From positions 2,624,001 through 2,688,000 of the forward strand of contig OY968762.1 of assembly GCA_963695225.1 (NCBI GenBank): a DNA stretch of 64,000 nt. The letters are read 5' to 3'. Under the pieces are notes generated by a model. That model was not told the DNA's origin and did no database searches. It worked only from the letters and a program-made list of their open reading frames with translations. The stretch is from Vulcanimicrobiota bacterium (GTDB lineage Bacteria; Vulcanimicrobiota; Vulcanimicrobiia; Vulcanimicrobiales; Vulcanimicrobiaceae). The position numbers were made by a program, and so were the translations under genes. Positions 20,625-29,765 of this stretch are shown here, in pieces (position 1 is the first letter of the stretch; each line of letters opens with the position of its first letter).

Positions 20625-21788
20625 ATGGGCCACAAGACGTGCGTCCTCGCTTGTTACATCACATGTGCGTTTGTCCTTGCTAACGTACAGGCGAGCAGCG
20701 CGGCTTCTTCACCGAAAGTCCCGCCACACCAGGTAGCAAGCCCCACGCAGGCTCCCGCGCTGCCGCCTGCGCCGCCGCCGCCGGTGAGCGGCGCGCAGCG
20801 CGCGCTCGACCGGTATCGGGCCGGGATCGCGGCACAGAATGCGGGCAAACTCGCCGTCGCCGAACGCGCCTTTCTCGACGGCGAGAACGCCGATCCGACG
20901 ATCGCCGAAAACTATCTCGCGCTTGCAGATCTGTACGTACGCCGCGGGAACCTCAAGGGGGCCGAGAGCCAGCTCCGCACGGTCGCCGCATTCCATCCGT
21001 CGCTCCCGCTCGTCCACTACAAGCTCGCGGAAGTGCAGCATCGCCGGCAGCTCGACGCGCTCGCGGTCGCAAACTATGATGCGGAACTTCGCATCTCGCC
21101 GGATTTCCGGCCGGCCCTCGAGGGCCGCGACGTCGCCTTGCGCGCGCTCAACGCGGCGATGCCGGTTTCCACCGGGAAGCCGGGGACGCCGGGGGCCATC
21201 GCGATCTCCCCGGACCTCATCGTCGATGCGCGCAGCTATCTGCTCGGGGAAGCGGACGATTTCAACTTCACGCGCGCGATGCCGCAGCGTGTCGACTCAT
21301 CGGATCCCGAGGTGCTCGGAAAAGGCTTGCGTTCGAATCCCACGGTCGCCGACGCGCTTGCGATCGGTTCCGCCGCGATGCAAACCGGGCGGTTCGATCT
21401 TGCAGCGCGCGCCTTCGACTACGCTTCGCGCACGGGACCGAAAGATTGGCGCGGCCCGTACCTCAGCGGCCTCGTCGCGCGGGTTGCGGGAGACCCGGTG
21501 ATGGCGCGCGAGTTGTTCTCGCAATCGCTCGTGCGCGAGGAGCGCCCGGAGGCGCTCGTCTCGCTCGCGCTGCTCGATCTGGAATCGGGCGACCTAACGC
21601 GCGCGAGCGAACAGGTGCGGCGCGCGGTCGCGCTCGCGCCCGGGTACGAGCCCGCGCTCTTTTCCGCGGGCATGATCGCGTTGATTCGCTCCGAGCCCGC
21701 CGATGCCGAGCGCGATCTCTCGGCCGCCGTCGCGCTGAAGACCGCGCCCGCGCGAACGGCGTTCTTCCTCTCGGCGGTGCGCCGCTAG
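20625..21788 (+). CDS. Tetratricopeptide repeat protein, probably exported
   Basis: Hydrophobic N-terminus, Pro-rich linker, multiple A...Y..A....P TPR-like helices; exact start uncertain. Confidence 0.75.
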   Translation: MGHKTCVLACYITCAFVLANVQASSAASSPKVPPHQVASPTQAPALPPAPPPPVSGAQRALDRYRAGIAAQNAGKLAVAERAFLDGENADPTIAENYLALADLYVRRGNLKGAESQLRTVAAFHPSLPLVHYKLAEVQHRRQLDALAVANYDAELRISPDFRPALEGRDVALRALNAAMPVSTGKPGTPGAIAISPDLIVDARSYLLGEADDFNFTRAMPQRVDSSDPEVLGKGLRSNPTVADALAIGSAAMQTGRFDLAARAFDYASRTGPKDWRGPYLSGLVARVAGDPVMARELFSQSLVREERPEALVSLALLDLESGDLTRASEQVRRAVALAPGYEPALFSAGMIALIRSEPADAERDLSAAVALKTAPARTAFFLSAVRR

Positions 21789-24106
21789 TTCGTTCCCGGG
21801 CGCCGCACGTAAGGGTCGATGACCCGCGTCGACGTGACGGTGACCGGGATCGTCAGGTGGTTGCCGTTCGCATCGGCGACCGTGACGAGCGCCATGCCGG
21901 CGCTGACGGCCGCGAGCGTCAGTCGCGCGCGGCCGGCTCCTTCAGCGGCGAGCGTCGCAGCCGCGACGTCGGGATGGGAGTTCACCAGCGTGAACGCTCC
22001 CGCGTACCCCGCCTCCACGATGGAAACGGTGTGCAGCCCGTTCGCGCCCGGCGCGATGCGCAGCAGCACGCTCGTATCGCTCGCCGCGAGCGCGCCCGCC
22101 GAAACCGGCTGGACCACGCCGGCTAGCGAACCGATCGGTGCGTAGCGCTGCGCTCGGCGGCCGGCAGAACCGGCCAGCGTCGAAATAGTGACCGTGGCCG
22201 CGACCGCCTGGCCGTGCTGATCCGAAAGCGTCACGGTGCACGATCCCAAACCGATCGCGTTGAACGCGAACGTCGCCGCCCCGCCGATCGCGTTCTGGGG
22301 CGAAGCCGTCGTGAACGCGATGCGGGTCGAACACGACGAGTCCGGAACGTATGCGATCGCGCCCGCGTAGAACGGCTCGGTTGCCGTCAGCGTGCCGCTC
22401 GCCGCGATGACTTGCGCTGCAGCCGTCAGCGCTCCGGTGACGGTGAACGTCAGCGCGGTTGCATGGTGTCCGATCCCGTCGGAGACGGTTACCTGCGCGG
22501 TACCTCCCGATGCCGCTTGCGGCCCGGGCGCGACGGTGAACGTTACCGGAGACCCCGAGCCGGTCGGGCCTGAAACGCTCGCGACGTTGGGATTCGAACT
22601 GACGGCAGAGAACGTTCCGCCGTGCGACTCCGTCGCCGTGATCGTCGCCGACGTGCCGCTGCCGCCGTAGTTGATCACCGCAGTGCTCGCGGTCGCGGTG
22701 AACGGGCCCGCGACGACCGCGATCGCCGTCTGCGACGTCGTCTGCCGGCCGTCCGTGAACGTGGCGGTGCACGTTCCCGCCTTGATTGCCGTAAACGTGA
22801 AGGCCGCGCTCGAATTTGCGCCGCCGGAGGCCGGCGCAGAGGCCGGTGCCGTCACGACGTTCGCGCAGCCCGCGAGCGTCGAACTGACGGGGCCGCTATA
22901 GTACGGCTCCGAGACCGCTACCGTGCCGCTGGATGCCGTCGCGGGGATGGTGAGGCTGCGCGGTGCGCTGAGCGCTCCGGTGACGGTGGTCGTGGGCAGC
23001 GATGCCGAGTGCCCGGCCCCGTCGCTGACAGTGATCTGCGTCGTTCCCGGGGAGGCTGCGGTGACGGTAAAGCTCACCGTGGCCGCTCCCGAGGCCGGCG
23101 AGGGTGCCGCGATGTTGACGATGCCCGGCGGCGAACTCGATGCGGAGAACGTGCCGCTGAAACCCGGCTCTGAGGCCGAGATCGTGAAGGCGTTCGGTGA
23201 GCCGGACGTGCCGATCGTCTGCGCCGCGGACGGCCCTAGCGTGAGCGTGCCGGTGCTGGGTGGTGCCGTGGAGGCCCCTACGGGCGGCGCAACGGGGCTC
23301 GGGGTGGAGGTTCCGGCCGGCGCAGGAGCGCCCGGGACGCCTCCGCCCTTGCCGCCCCCGCCGCCGGCGGCTGCGGCGATCAGGCCGAGCCCGCCGATGA
23401 TGCCCAGGACGCCTCCTCCGCCTCCGCCTCCGCCTCCTCCGCTCGCTCCGGCCGCCGGCTTCGGGATTGGGGCTTCGCGTGCGACGGCGTCGGCGACGAT
23501 CGCCGGGTCGGGGCACTCCAGCGGGGCCAGGCCCTCGGAGAGCGAGGAGAGCGGGACCGCCGTTTCGCCGCCCGCCGGCGTGAAAGAGTAGGCTTGCCCT
23601 GCCTCGGCGGTGACGCCGCCGGTCCGAACTTGGCCTTTGTACACCGCTAGAACGGTCGCGCCCGCGCTGTCGCGTGCGACGCTGTAGATCGCGGGCGCCG
23701 TCGCCGTCGTCAGGGTCACGCCGGAGGTGACGCCGACCTGCCCCGAGGTTGCGACGATGCAGACGCCGCCCTGTGCGAGATCGAGCGTGAGGCTGCCGTC
23801 GGTCCGCAGCACGCGAGCTTTCGTCAGCGGGCCGAGGCGCATGCGCGCGGCATCGGCGAGCGCGATGTCCGCGAGCGACGCGGCGGATGTTTCGAGCGTA
23901 TCGCCGACCAGCGTGCGTTGCGCGGTCGTCACCTCGTGTTCTTGACCGGTCTCCGGCTTGACGGAGAGCTTCCCCTTCGTCGTCGTAACCACGATGACGG
24001 CGGGTGTGCCGCTCGCTCGACCGAGAGAAGAGAGGACGAATGCGAGCGTCACGACCGCGGCGGACGTCCGCCGGATGAGGTAACGGTCTGGAAAACTAGG
24101 AGTCAA
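21785..24106 (-). CDS. Paralogous FecR-like/Ig-repeat surface protein (773 aa)
   Basis: N-terminal ~250 aa and C-terminal ~120 aa closely match 16466-20599, with fewer central repeats; TTG start with AGGAG SD. Confidence 0.85.
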   Translation of the reverse strand: MTPSFPDRYLIRRTSAAVVTLAFVLSSLGRASGTPAVIVVTTTKGKLSVKPETGQEHEVTTAQRTLVGDTLETSAASLADIALADAARMRLGPLTKARVLRTDGSLTLDLAQGGVCIVATSGQVGVTSGVTLTTATAPAIYSVARDSAGATVLAVYKGQVRTGGVTAEAGQAYSFTPAGGETAVPLSSLSEGLAPLECPDPAIVADAVAREAPIPKPAAGASGGGGGGGGGGVLGIIGGLGLIAAAAGGGGGKGGGVPGAPAPAGTSTPSPVAPPVGASTAPPSTGTLTLGPSAAQTIGTSGSPNAFTISASEPGFSGTFSASSSPPGIVNIAAPSPASGAATVSFTVTAASPGTTQITVSDGAGHSASLPTTTVTGALSAPRSLTIPATASSGTVAVSEPYYSGPVSSTLAGCANVVTAPASAPASGGANSSAAFTFTAIKAGTCTATFTDGRQTTSQTAIAVVAGPFTATASTAVINYGGSGTSATITATESHGGTFSAVSSNPNVASVSGPTGSGSPVTFTVAPGPQAASGGTAQVTVSDGIGHHATALTFTVTGALTAAAQVIAASGTLTATEPFYAGAIAYVPDSSCSTRIAFTTASPQNAIGGAATFAFNAIGLGSCTVTLSDQHGQAVAATVTISTLAGSAGRRAQRYAPIGSLAGVVQPVSAGALAASDTSVLLRIAPGANGLHTVSIVEAGYAGAFTLVNSHPDVAAATLAAEGAGRARLTLAAVSAGMALVTVADANGNHLTIPVTVTSTRVIDPYVRRPGTN

Positions 24107-24311
24107 TTGCGAAGCTCCTAAGTCTGACCGAAGGCTTACAATACGTTCCTCTTCGCTTTACATCACGTGCGTATTTGTCCTTGCTAACGTACGAGCGAGT
24201 CCAAGTCGGCTTCTTGCCCGGCCCCCTTGTCACGCCGGGCAGCAAAACATACGCGCCGCTGCCTGCGCTACCAACTCAAAACGCAGGCCGGCGCGCCCTC
24301 GCGGTGCGCCG

Positions 24312-24824
24312 CTAGCGGAGCGGATCGAACGCCGTCGCCTCGGAGCGATCGGTGCCGCGCACGATCGTGGGCTTGCGATGCGGGCGCCGGCCCATCGCGA
24401 GTGCTTCGACCGTCTCGGCAAATGCCTCGAGGTCGTCGCGCAACTGCGCCTCGAACGCCGCCTGCGCCGCGGCCGCCGCCGCGGGGACGTGCGCCGTCCC
24501 CTCGGGCGGCTCGATGGATACGTCGACCGTGAGCAGCGTCGTCCCCGGGTGCGCCGGATCCGCTTCGAACAGGATGGACCCGGAGTTCACCGGGCCGCGG
24601 ATCGAACGCCACGCGATGCGCCGATGTTCGACGCTCTCTTCGCTCGCGACTTCGTTCTGATAGCTGCCCATCATCTCGACGTGCCAGAGCGAACGCGTCT
24701 CGTCGATGCGCTCGACTCGCCGGACGTACGAGAGGAGGCGCGGGTAATCTTCGAACTTCGACCACATCGCGTACGCGGTGGGCACCGCGGCGTTGACCGA
24801 GATCGTACACGAGTGGGCCGGCAT
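24312..24824 (-). CDS. SRPBCC (polyketide cyclase/dehydrase) family protein
   Basis: SVNAAVPTAYAMWSKFEDYPRLLSYVRRVE...IAWRS..GPVNSGSI.F pattern. Confidence 0.8.
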   Translation of the reverse strand: MPAHSCTISVNAAVPTAYAMWSKFEDYPRLLSYVRRVERIDETRSLWHVEMMGSYQNEVASEESVEHRRIAWRSIRGPVNSGSILFEADPAHPGTTLLTVDVSIEPPEGTAHVPAAAAAAQAAFEAQLRDDLEAFAETVEALAMGRRPHRKPTIVRGTDRSEATAFDPLR

Positions 24825-24928
24825 GATCGTCCTCCCCCTGCGCGGGGCGCTTCTATCTCCAGTCTTTACCCCGGTTCGCTCGCCGCGCCGCGCGGCGAGG
24901 GCGGCCGGCCGGGGAAATGTGATCTAGA

Positions 24929-25726
24929 TCAACTTCCCGTCCCCTGATAACGGTCGAGCCCGACCCGCCAGAAGGCGTAAGCGAGGCCGGCCCACACGGC
25001 GCCGACGAGCGGCGTGAGCAGCCCGATCTGCGGCGAGAGCGCGAGCCCGATATCACTTTTGTGCAGCAGGAACGATGCCGGGAAGAAGTTCATGAACGCG
25101 AACGGGAAGACGAACGTGAGGATCAAGCGCACTCCGCGCGTGTAGATGCTGATCGGATATCGCGTGAAATCCTGTTCGAGCGACATGACGACCCAGCGGA
25201 GCGTGTCGATGCGGACGAACCAGAACGCGCACGTCGCGATCGCGAGGTTGATCGCGAAATCGATCAGCGCTCCGCCGACCATCACGAGCGGGACGAGCAG
25301 AATGAAGACCGCGTCGACGTGCACGCCGCCGTACCACGTCGCGAAGGCGAAGAAGACGAAGGCGAGGAGCAGCTCGTCCGGCCAAATCTGCTGGGGGGTC
25401 GTCATCGCCTGGAAGAGCGGATCGAGCGGCCGCACGAGGTAGCGGTCGAAGCGGCCCTCGCGCACCATGTTCGGCACTTCCCCGATCGTGAAGAAGAACG
25501 TGTTGTGGAATCCGTGCCCGAGCATCCAAAGCGCGTAGAGGAACGCCATCTGCCGGAAATCCCAGCCGTTCATCGAGGGGAACTGATGGAGCGTGACCCA
25601 GAGCGCCGCGATCGCCGTCGCGTGGTAGACGATCGTAAACCCGAACCACATGACGAAATTCGCCCGGTACTCGAGCATCGTCAATAGGTTGATCCGCCAG
25701 TATTGCAGGTAGACGGCGAGGCTCAC
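24929..25726 (-). CDS. ABC-2 family permease (DUF990-like)
   Basis: EYRANF, GRFDRYLVRPLDP, YPISIY, PFAF..FFP motifs; multiple TM segments. Confidence 0.9.
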   Translation of the reverse strand: MSLAVYLQYWRINLLTMLEYRANFVMWFGFTIVYHATAIAALWVTLHQFPSMNGWDFRQMAFLYALWMLGHGFHNTFFFTIGEVPNMVREGRFDRYLVRPLDPLFQAMTTPQQIWPDELLLAFVFFAFATWYGGVHVDAVFILLVPLVMVGGALIDFAINLAIATCAFWFVRIDTLRWVVMSLEQDFTRYPISIYTRGVRLILTFVFPFAFMNFFPASFLLHKSDIGLALSPQIGLLTPLVGAVWAGLAYAFWRVGLDRYQGTGS

Positions 25727-25730
25727 GCGC

Positions 25731-25946
25731 CTAGTATTTGAACGACGCGAGCGCGAGGCCGAGGGCGACGACGAACATCGTGATCGCCGAGGCCGTGATC
25801 CACGTCCGCACGGCGGGGCTCGGCCGCTGCTGCTCGGGGATCCGCGCCTGCCAGAAGACGTAAAGCGCGACGACCGCCGCCATGAGAATCGCCAGCGTGC
25901 GCAATACGAAATGCAGGTCTCGCACGAACGGGCTGAGCTCGGGCAC
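25731..25946 (-). CDS. Small two-TM membrane protein
   Basis: 71 aa with two hydrophobic segments, 4 nt upstream of the permease. Confidence 0.55.
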   Translation of the reverse strand: MPELSPFVRDLHFVLRTLAILMAAVVALYVFWQARIPEQQRPSPAVRTWITASAITMFVVALGLALASFKY

Positions 25947-26042
25947 GTTATCCTCGTAACAAGTCGGTATGCTGGTTCATTCAGCCCGCCCCACGGCGGC
26001 CCTCCGTGGCCGGGAAAAGCCGGGACGCGACGGCGCCGCGGC

Positions 26043-28175
26043 CTAGCGGCGGCGGGAGCCCGACGACGTCGACGTGCGCGCGACGTCGACCGAGGTGACG
26101 GCGAGCTTGCTCGTGGCGGGGGCTCCGCGAACCAAGATGCCGTGGAGCCCGGCGTTCAACGTGACCGGAAGCGTCCCGGTCGCGGAGGTCGCCCCGTTCG
26201 TCCCCAGCGTCGTCGTCGCGGAGAGCGTCCCGAGCTCGTTTCCGTCCACCCAGATCTCCGCGACCCCTTTGCCGTCCGCCGAACCGGCGTGCAAGCCGAC
26301 CGTGAACGTCCCCGCCGCGTCGACGCGCGTCAGGTATCCGAACCACGTCCCCTGGGTGAAACCGGAGACTTGCTGGCTTTGGAGCGTGCTCGCCGGCACG
26401 TCGAACGAGGCCGCCGGGATCGAGGCCGGGAGGAGGGTTCCGATCGTGATGGCCGGGCGAGTTCCCGCGGCGAGTTGCGTCATCGCCTGCATCTTATAGT
26501 TGTACGGCTGCGAGCCCAGATCGAAGACGTCGTCGAGGAAGCCCCACGTGTAGTTCCCCGTCACCGTGTAGTAGACGAGGAGATCGCCGCCGTTCGCGCT
26601 CCACGTGTTGTGCGCCGCGACGATTTCGGGAGCGATCAGCGGACTGTCGTGCGCCGCTTGGAGATATCCGTTGGTCGTCGCGCTGTTCGTCGGCGCGAAG
26701 TACGGGCCGCCTTCGTACGCGATCCGGTGCACGCCGAACGCGGCGGCGTAGGCCGCGTCCTTCGGCAAGCTCGCGGCCCATCCCAGTTGCGGCGAAGCAC
26801 CCACGGCCGCGCTCAGCGTGGCGAGGATCGCGCCGGTCGAAGATTCGTCGCCGGGCGCGTAATCGGCGCCGCCGCCGAGCCCGTAGAAGTAGTAGTTGAG
26901 GGGGTGCGGCGTGGAGATGCCCGCCTGCGCGGGATTGTTGTAGTAGCCCTCCATGAAGTAGACGGCCTGTTGCAACGGCCCGTCCGCGTTGCCGAGTTGC
27001 GTCATCAACACGGGGCGTACGCGCGTCATCATCGCCGCGTCGCCGAACGTGCTGCGGAAGATCGCGCTGATCTGCGCCCCGCGCTGGGCGATTCGCCGCC
27101 AATCGATGTAATTGGAGTTCGTCGTCCCGTCGAAGGCGAGCACGGAGGCGTTGGCCTGCGCCGCTTGATGGTTGATCGCCGATTGGGCGTAGTTTTGGTT
27201 CCACACTTCGTTCGAGTATTCGACGTAGAGGTGCAGATTCGACGGGAGCGCCGTCTGCGCGAGTTGCGCGACGTGCTGCACGTAGTCGTCGTCGGCGCCG
27301 GCCGGGATGTTGATCCAGCAATCCTCGTTCGTCTCGCTGCAGAGCTGGAACGCGTACTCGTACGCGGCGCCCTTCAGTTGGGAAGTGGACCCCGCGAGGA
27401 CCGTCTGCGAAGCGCTCGTCGGCGTGACGCGGTCGGTCCAATGCTGCTGCGGGTTGCCGTTCGAGGCGAGCCAATCCGCGAAGCGCAGCGTCGAGAACGG
27501 CGCGAGCGAACTCTTGAAATCCGTCGTGAACGTCGTCGAGGTGGGATAGTTCGAGCCCGAGCCTTCGCTGAGCGGTCGCATCAACTTGACGGCGCTGACC
27601 CCCGTGTTCGCCGCGCTGCTCGGGAGCAAACGCGTGGAGGTGAACGTGAGCGTGAGATCTTGCGGCGAGGAGTCGGAGATCGTCAGCGTCGCGCTGGTCG
27701 TGTTGGATGACGGAGAGTACGTCACGGGGGAGAGCGTGCCGAGCGAGGTTTGCACGATCGCCTGCCCGCTGAAACTCAGCGCGTAGACGCCGTCCATGCG
27801 CGGCCGTCCGGACCAGACGCGGATCGCTGCGTCCTGCAGCGGCCAGCCGTTCGGATCGGCGACGGCGTTCGCCGTGAAATCGATCGTCGTCCAGGGGATG
27901 CGGCTCGTCTTCATCGCGTCCGCGAAGGCGCGGTTCGTCTCGGTATCGGTGACGGCGCCGACGTTCATGCCGAGCGCGTTTGCCGCCGGGGGCGGCGGGA
28001 TCGGGGTCGCCGAGCCGACCGGGCCGGGGGTGGCGGTGCTCCCCGGCGCCGGCGTCGGCGTCGCCGGGGGGAGGTGGCCGAGGGCGGCTTGCTGCCCGTT
28101 GCAGGCCGGCAGGGTGACTGAGAGCACGGCCAATGCAAGCGTGAGAAAGGATGCCCGGCCAAAGACGAAGCGCAT
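26043..28175 (-). CDS. Lipoprotein, putative glycoside hydrolase with C-terminal carbohydrate-binding module
   Basis: Lipobox-like TLPAC, Pro/Thr linker, LRFADW, WINIP, YVEYSNEVWN, AYEGG motifs, beta-rich C-terminal domain. Confidence 0.7.
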   Translation of the reverse strand: MRFVFGRASFLTLALAVLSVTLPACNGQQAALGHLPPATPTPAPGSTATPGPVGSATPIPPPPAANALGMNVGAVTDTETNRAFADAMKTSRIPWTTIDFTANAVADPNGWPLQDAAIRVWSGRPRMDGVYALSFSGQAIVQTSLGTLSPVTYSPSSNTTSATLTISDSSPQDLTLTFTSTRLLPSSAANTGVSAVKLMRPLSEGSGSNYPTSTTFTTDFKSSLAPFSTLRFADWLASNGNPQQHWTDRVTPTSASQTVLAGSTSQLKGAAYEYAFQLCSETNEDCWINIPAGADDDYVQHVAQLAQTALPSNLHLYVEYSNEVWNQNYAQSAINHQAAQANASVLAFDGTTNSNYIDWRRIAQRGAQISAIFRSTFGDAAMMTRVRPVLMTQLGNADGPLQQAVYFMEGYYNNPAQAGISTPHPLNYYFYGLGGGADYAPGDESSTGAILATLSAAVGASPQLGWAASLPKDAAYAAAFGVHRIAYEGGPYFAPTNSATTNGYLQAAHDSPLIAPEIVAAHNTWSANGGDLLVYYTVTGNYTWGFLDDVFDLGSQPYNYKMQAMTQLAAGTRPAITIGTLLPASIPAASFDVPASTLQSQQVSGFTQGTWFGYLTRVDAAGTFTVGLHAGSADGKGVAEIWVDGNELGTLSATTTLGTNGATSATGTLPVTLNAGLHGILVRGAPATSKLAVTSVDVARTSTSSGSRRR

Positions 28176-28233
28176 ACCGCCATTATCGGCTTGCACGCCG
28201 AACTACTGCAACTCCGCCGGTGTCCTAAGGGGC

Positions 28234-28953
28234 ATGAAGACATCGATCGCATCGTTCGAGGTGCAGCGCTCGAACGAGCGCGCGTACTTCGACCACGGCT
28301 GGCTGCGCACGTACCACTCGTTCAGTTTCGCCGACTACTTCGATCCGTCGAACGTCCGCTGGGGCGCGCTGCGCGTCTTCAACGACGACGTGATCGCGCC
28401 GGCGACGGGCTTCGGCACGCACCCGCATCGGGACATGGAGATCCTGACCTACGTGTTCCGGGGCGAACTCGAGCACAAGGACTCGATGGGGCACGCCGGC
28501 GTCGTGCGACCGGGGGGCGTGCAGTATCTGAGCGCGGGGACGGGCATCACCCACTCCGAGTACAACCACTCCGCGGAGCACGAAGTGCGGCTCGTCCAGA
28601 TGTGGGTGATGCCGAAGGCCTCCGGTCTGAAGCCGCAGTACGGCCAAGTCGACTACACCCGCGAAGAGCGGCTCGGTCGCTGGCTGCCGATCGCGAGCGG
28701 GCAGGCGGGCGTCGCCTCGAAGATCGCGATCTGGCAAGACGCGACGGCCTACGTGGCCCGGCTGGAAGGCGGCCGCCTCACGCACGAGGTGGCGCCGGGG
28801 CGCTTTGCGTTCCTGTTCGTCGGCGAAGGCTCGGCGGTGGTGAACGGGGAGACGCTCACCGGCGGCGATGCGGCGCGGATCGTGGGGCCGCTGACGCTCG
28901 ATCTCTCGGGCGACGAGGCGGAACTCGTCCTGTGGGACGTGCCGGGGACCTAA
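28234..28953 (+). CDS. Pirin family protein (YhhW-like)
   Basis: DHGWL.TYHSFSFADY, GFGTHPHRDMEI, H.DSMG, AGTGITHSE motifs. Confidence 0.95.
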   Translation: MKTSIASFEVQRSNERAYFDHGWLRTYHSFSFADYFDPSNVRWGALRVFNDDVIAPATGFGTHPHRDMEILTYVFRGELEHKDSMGHAGVVRPGGVQYLSAGTGITHSEYNHSAEHEVRLVQMWVMPKASGLKPQYGQVDYTREERLGRWLPIASGQAGVASKIAIWQDATAYVARLEGGRLTHEVAPGRFAFLFVGEGSAVVNGETLTGGDAARIVGPLTLDLSGDEAELVLWDVPGT

Positions 28954-29765
28954 CCGCCCTGCCCGACGATGCGGCGCGAAGCCGCGCGCCAAACGGCGAA
29001 ACCTATCGCTGCGAATACGGCGATCCAGCCGAGTTGCGCGGCGAACGCGCCGGCGTAATCGGCCGGCGAGAGCGCGCCGATGTAGATGCGCAACGGCGTC
29101 GAGTAGATCGCCGCGAACGGCAAGCGCGCGACGATCGCGCCGAGGATGCCGGGGAAGAACGAGAGCGGCAGGATCTGCCCGCTGAGCAGATCCGAGGCCC
29201 AGCGAATCATCAGCTGGATCGCATACGTCTCGAGCGTCCAGAACGCGACCGAGTTCATCAAGAAGTTCAGCAGAAAGTTCACGAGATACCCGAGCGCGAA
29301 CGAGAGCGCGAACGCCGCGAGCACTGCGGGCGAGGGCACGTCGATGCGCACGAGCAAGAGCGCGAAGAGCAGCGACGGGACGATCAACAACGCGTGGAAC
29401 GCCGTCTGCCCGAAGCCGTCGGAGAAAAAGTAGAGCGGTAGGCTGATCGGCTTCATCAAGTCCGTCGCGATCGTCCCTTCCCGCATCTTCTCGCGGATCG
29501 AGCCCGTCCCGTCGATCTCCAGGATGAGCGACATCAAGAGCGCGACCGTCGCGTAGGTGATCATCAGGTGGAGCGGGATCCCAGCCGGCGCGACGTTCTG
29601 CGCGTACAGTGCGACCCACACGGAACGGAGCAAGTAGACGCGCAGCACGAGCGAGCCGACGTTCGTGAGGACCTCGACGCGATAGGTCGACTCGCGCGCG
29701 AACGCTTTCTTCGCGAACTCGAGGTACGGCTCGATCCGCGCGCCGGCTGCGAGCGATGCGATCAT
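28950..29765 (-). CDS. ABC-2 family permease (DUF990-like)
   Basis: ATG 29765 overlaps ATPase stop; EGTIATDLMKP, LSGQILPLSFFP, LPFAAIYSTP, QGG C-terminus. Confidence 0.9.
   Translation of the reverse strand: MIASLAAGARIEPYLEFAKKAFARESTYRVEVLTNVGSLVLRVYLLRSVWVALYAQNVAPAGIPLHLMITYATVALLMSLILEIDGTGSIREKMREGTIATDLMKPISLPLYFFSDGFGQTAFHALLIVPSLLFALLLVRIDVPSPAVLAAFALSFALGYLVNFLLNFLMNSVAFWTLETYAIQLMIRWASDLLSGQILPLSFFPGILGAIVARLPFAAIYSTPLRIYIGALSPADYAGAFAAQLGWIAVFAAIGFAVWRAASRRIVGQGG

Noticed and set aside
16466..24106. Mobile element or assembly duplication
   Set aside because: Paralogs are diverged with intact frames; no transposase or terminal repeats
24107..24230. c-di-GMP or other riboswitch in the duplicated leader
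   Set aside because: Could not match known aptamer consensus features by eye; needs cmscan
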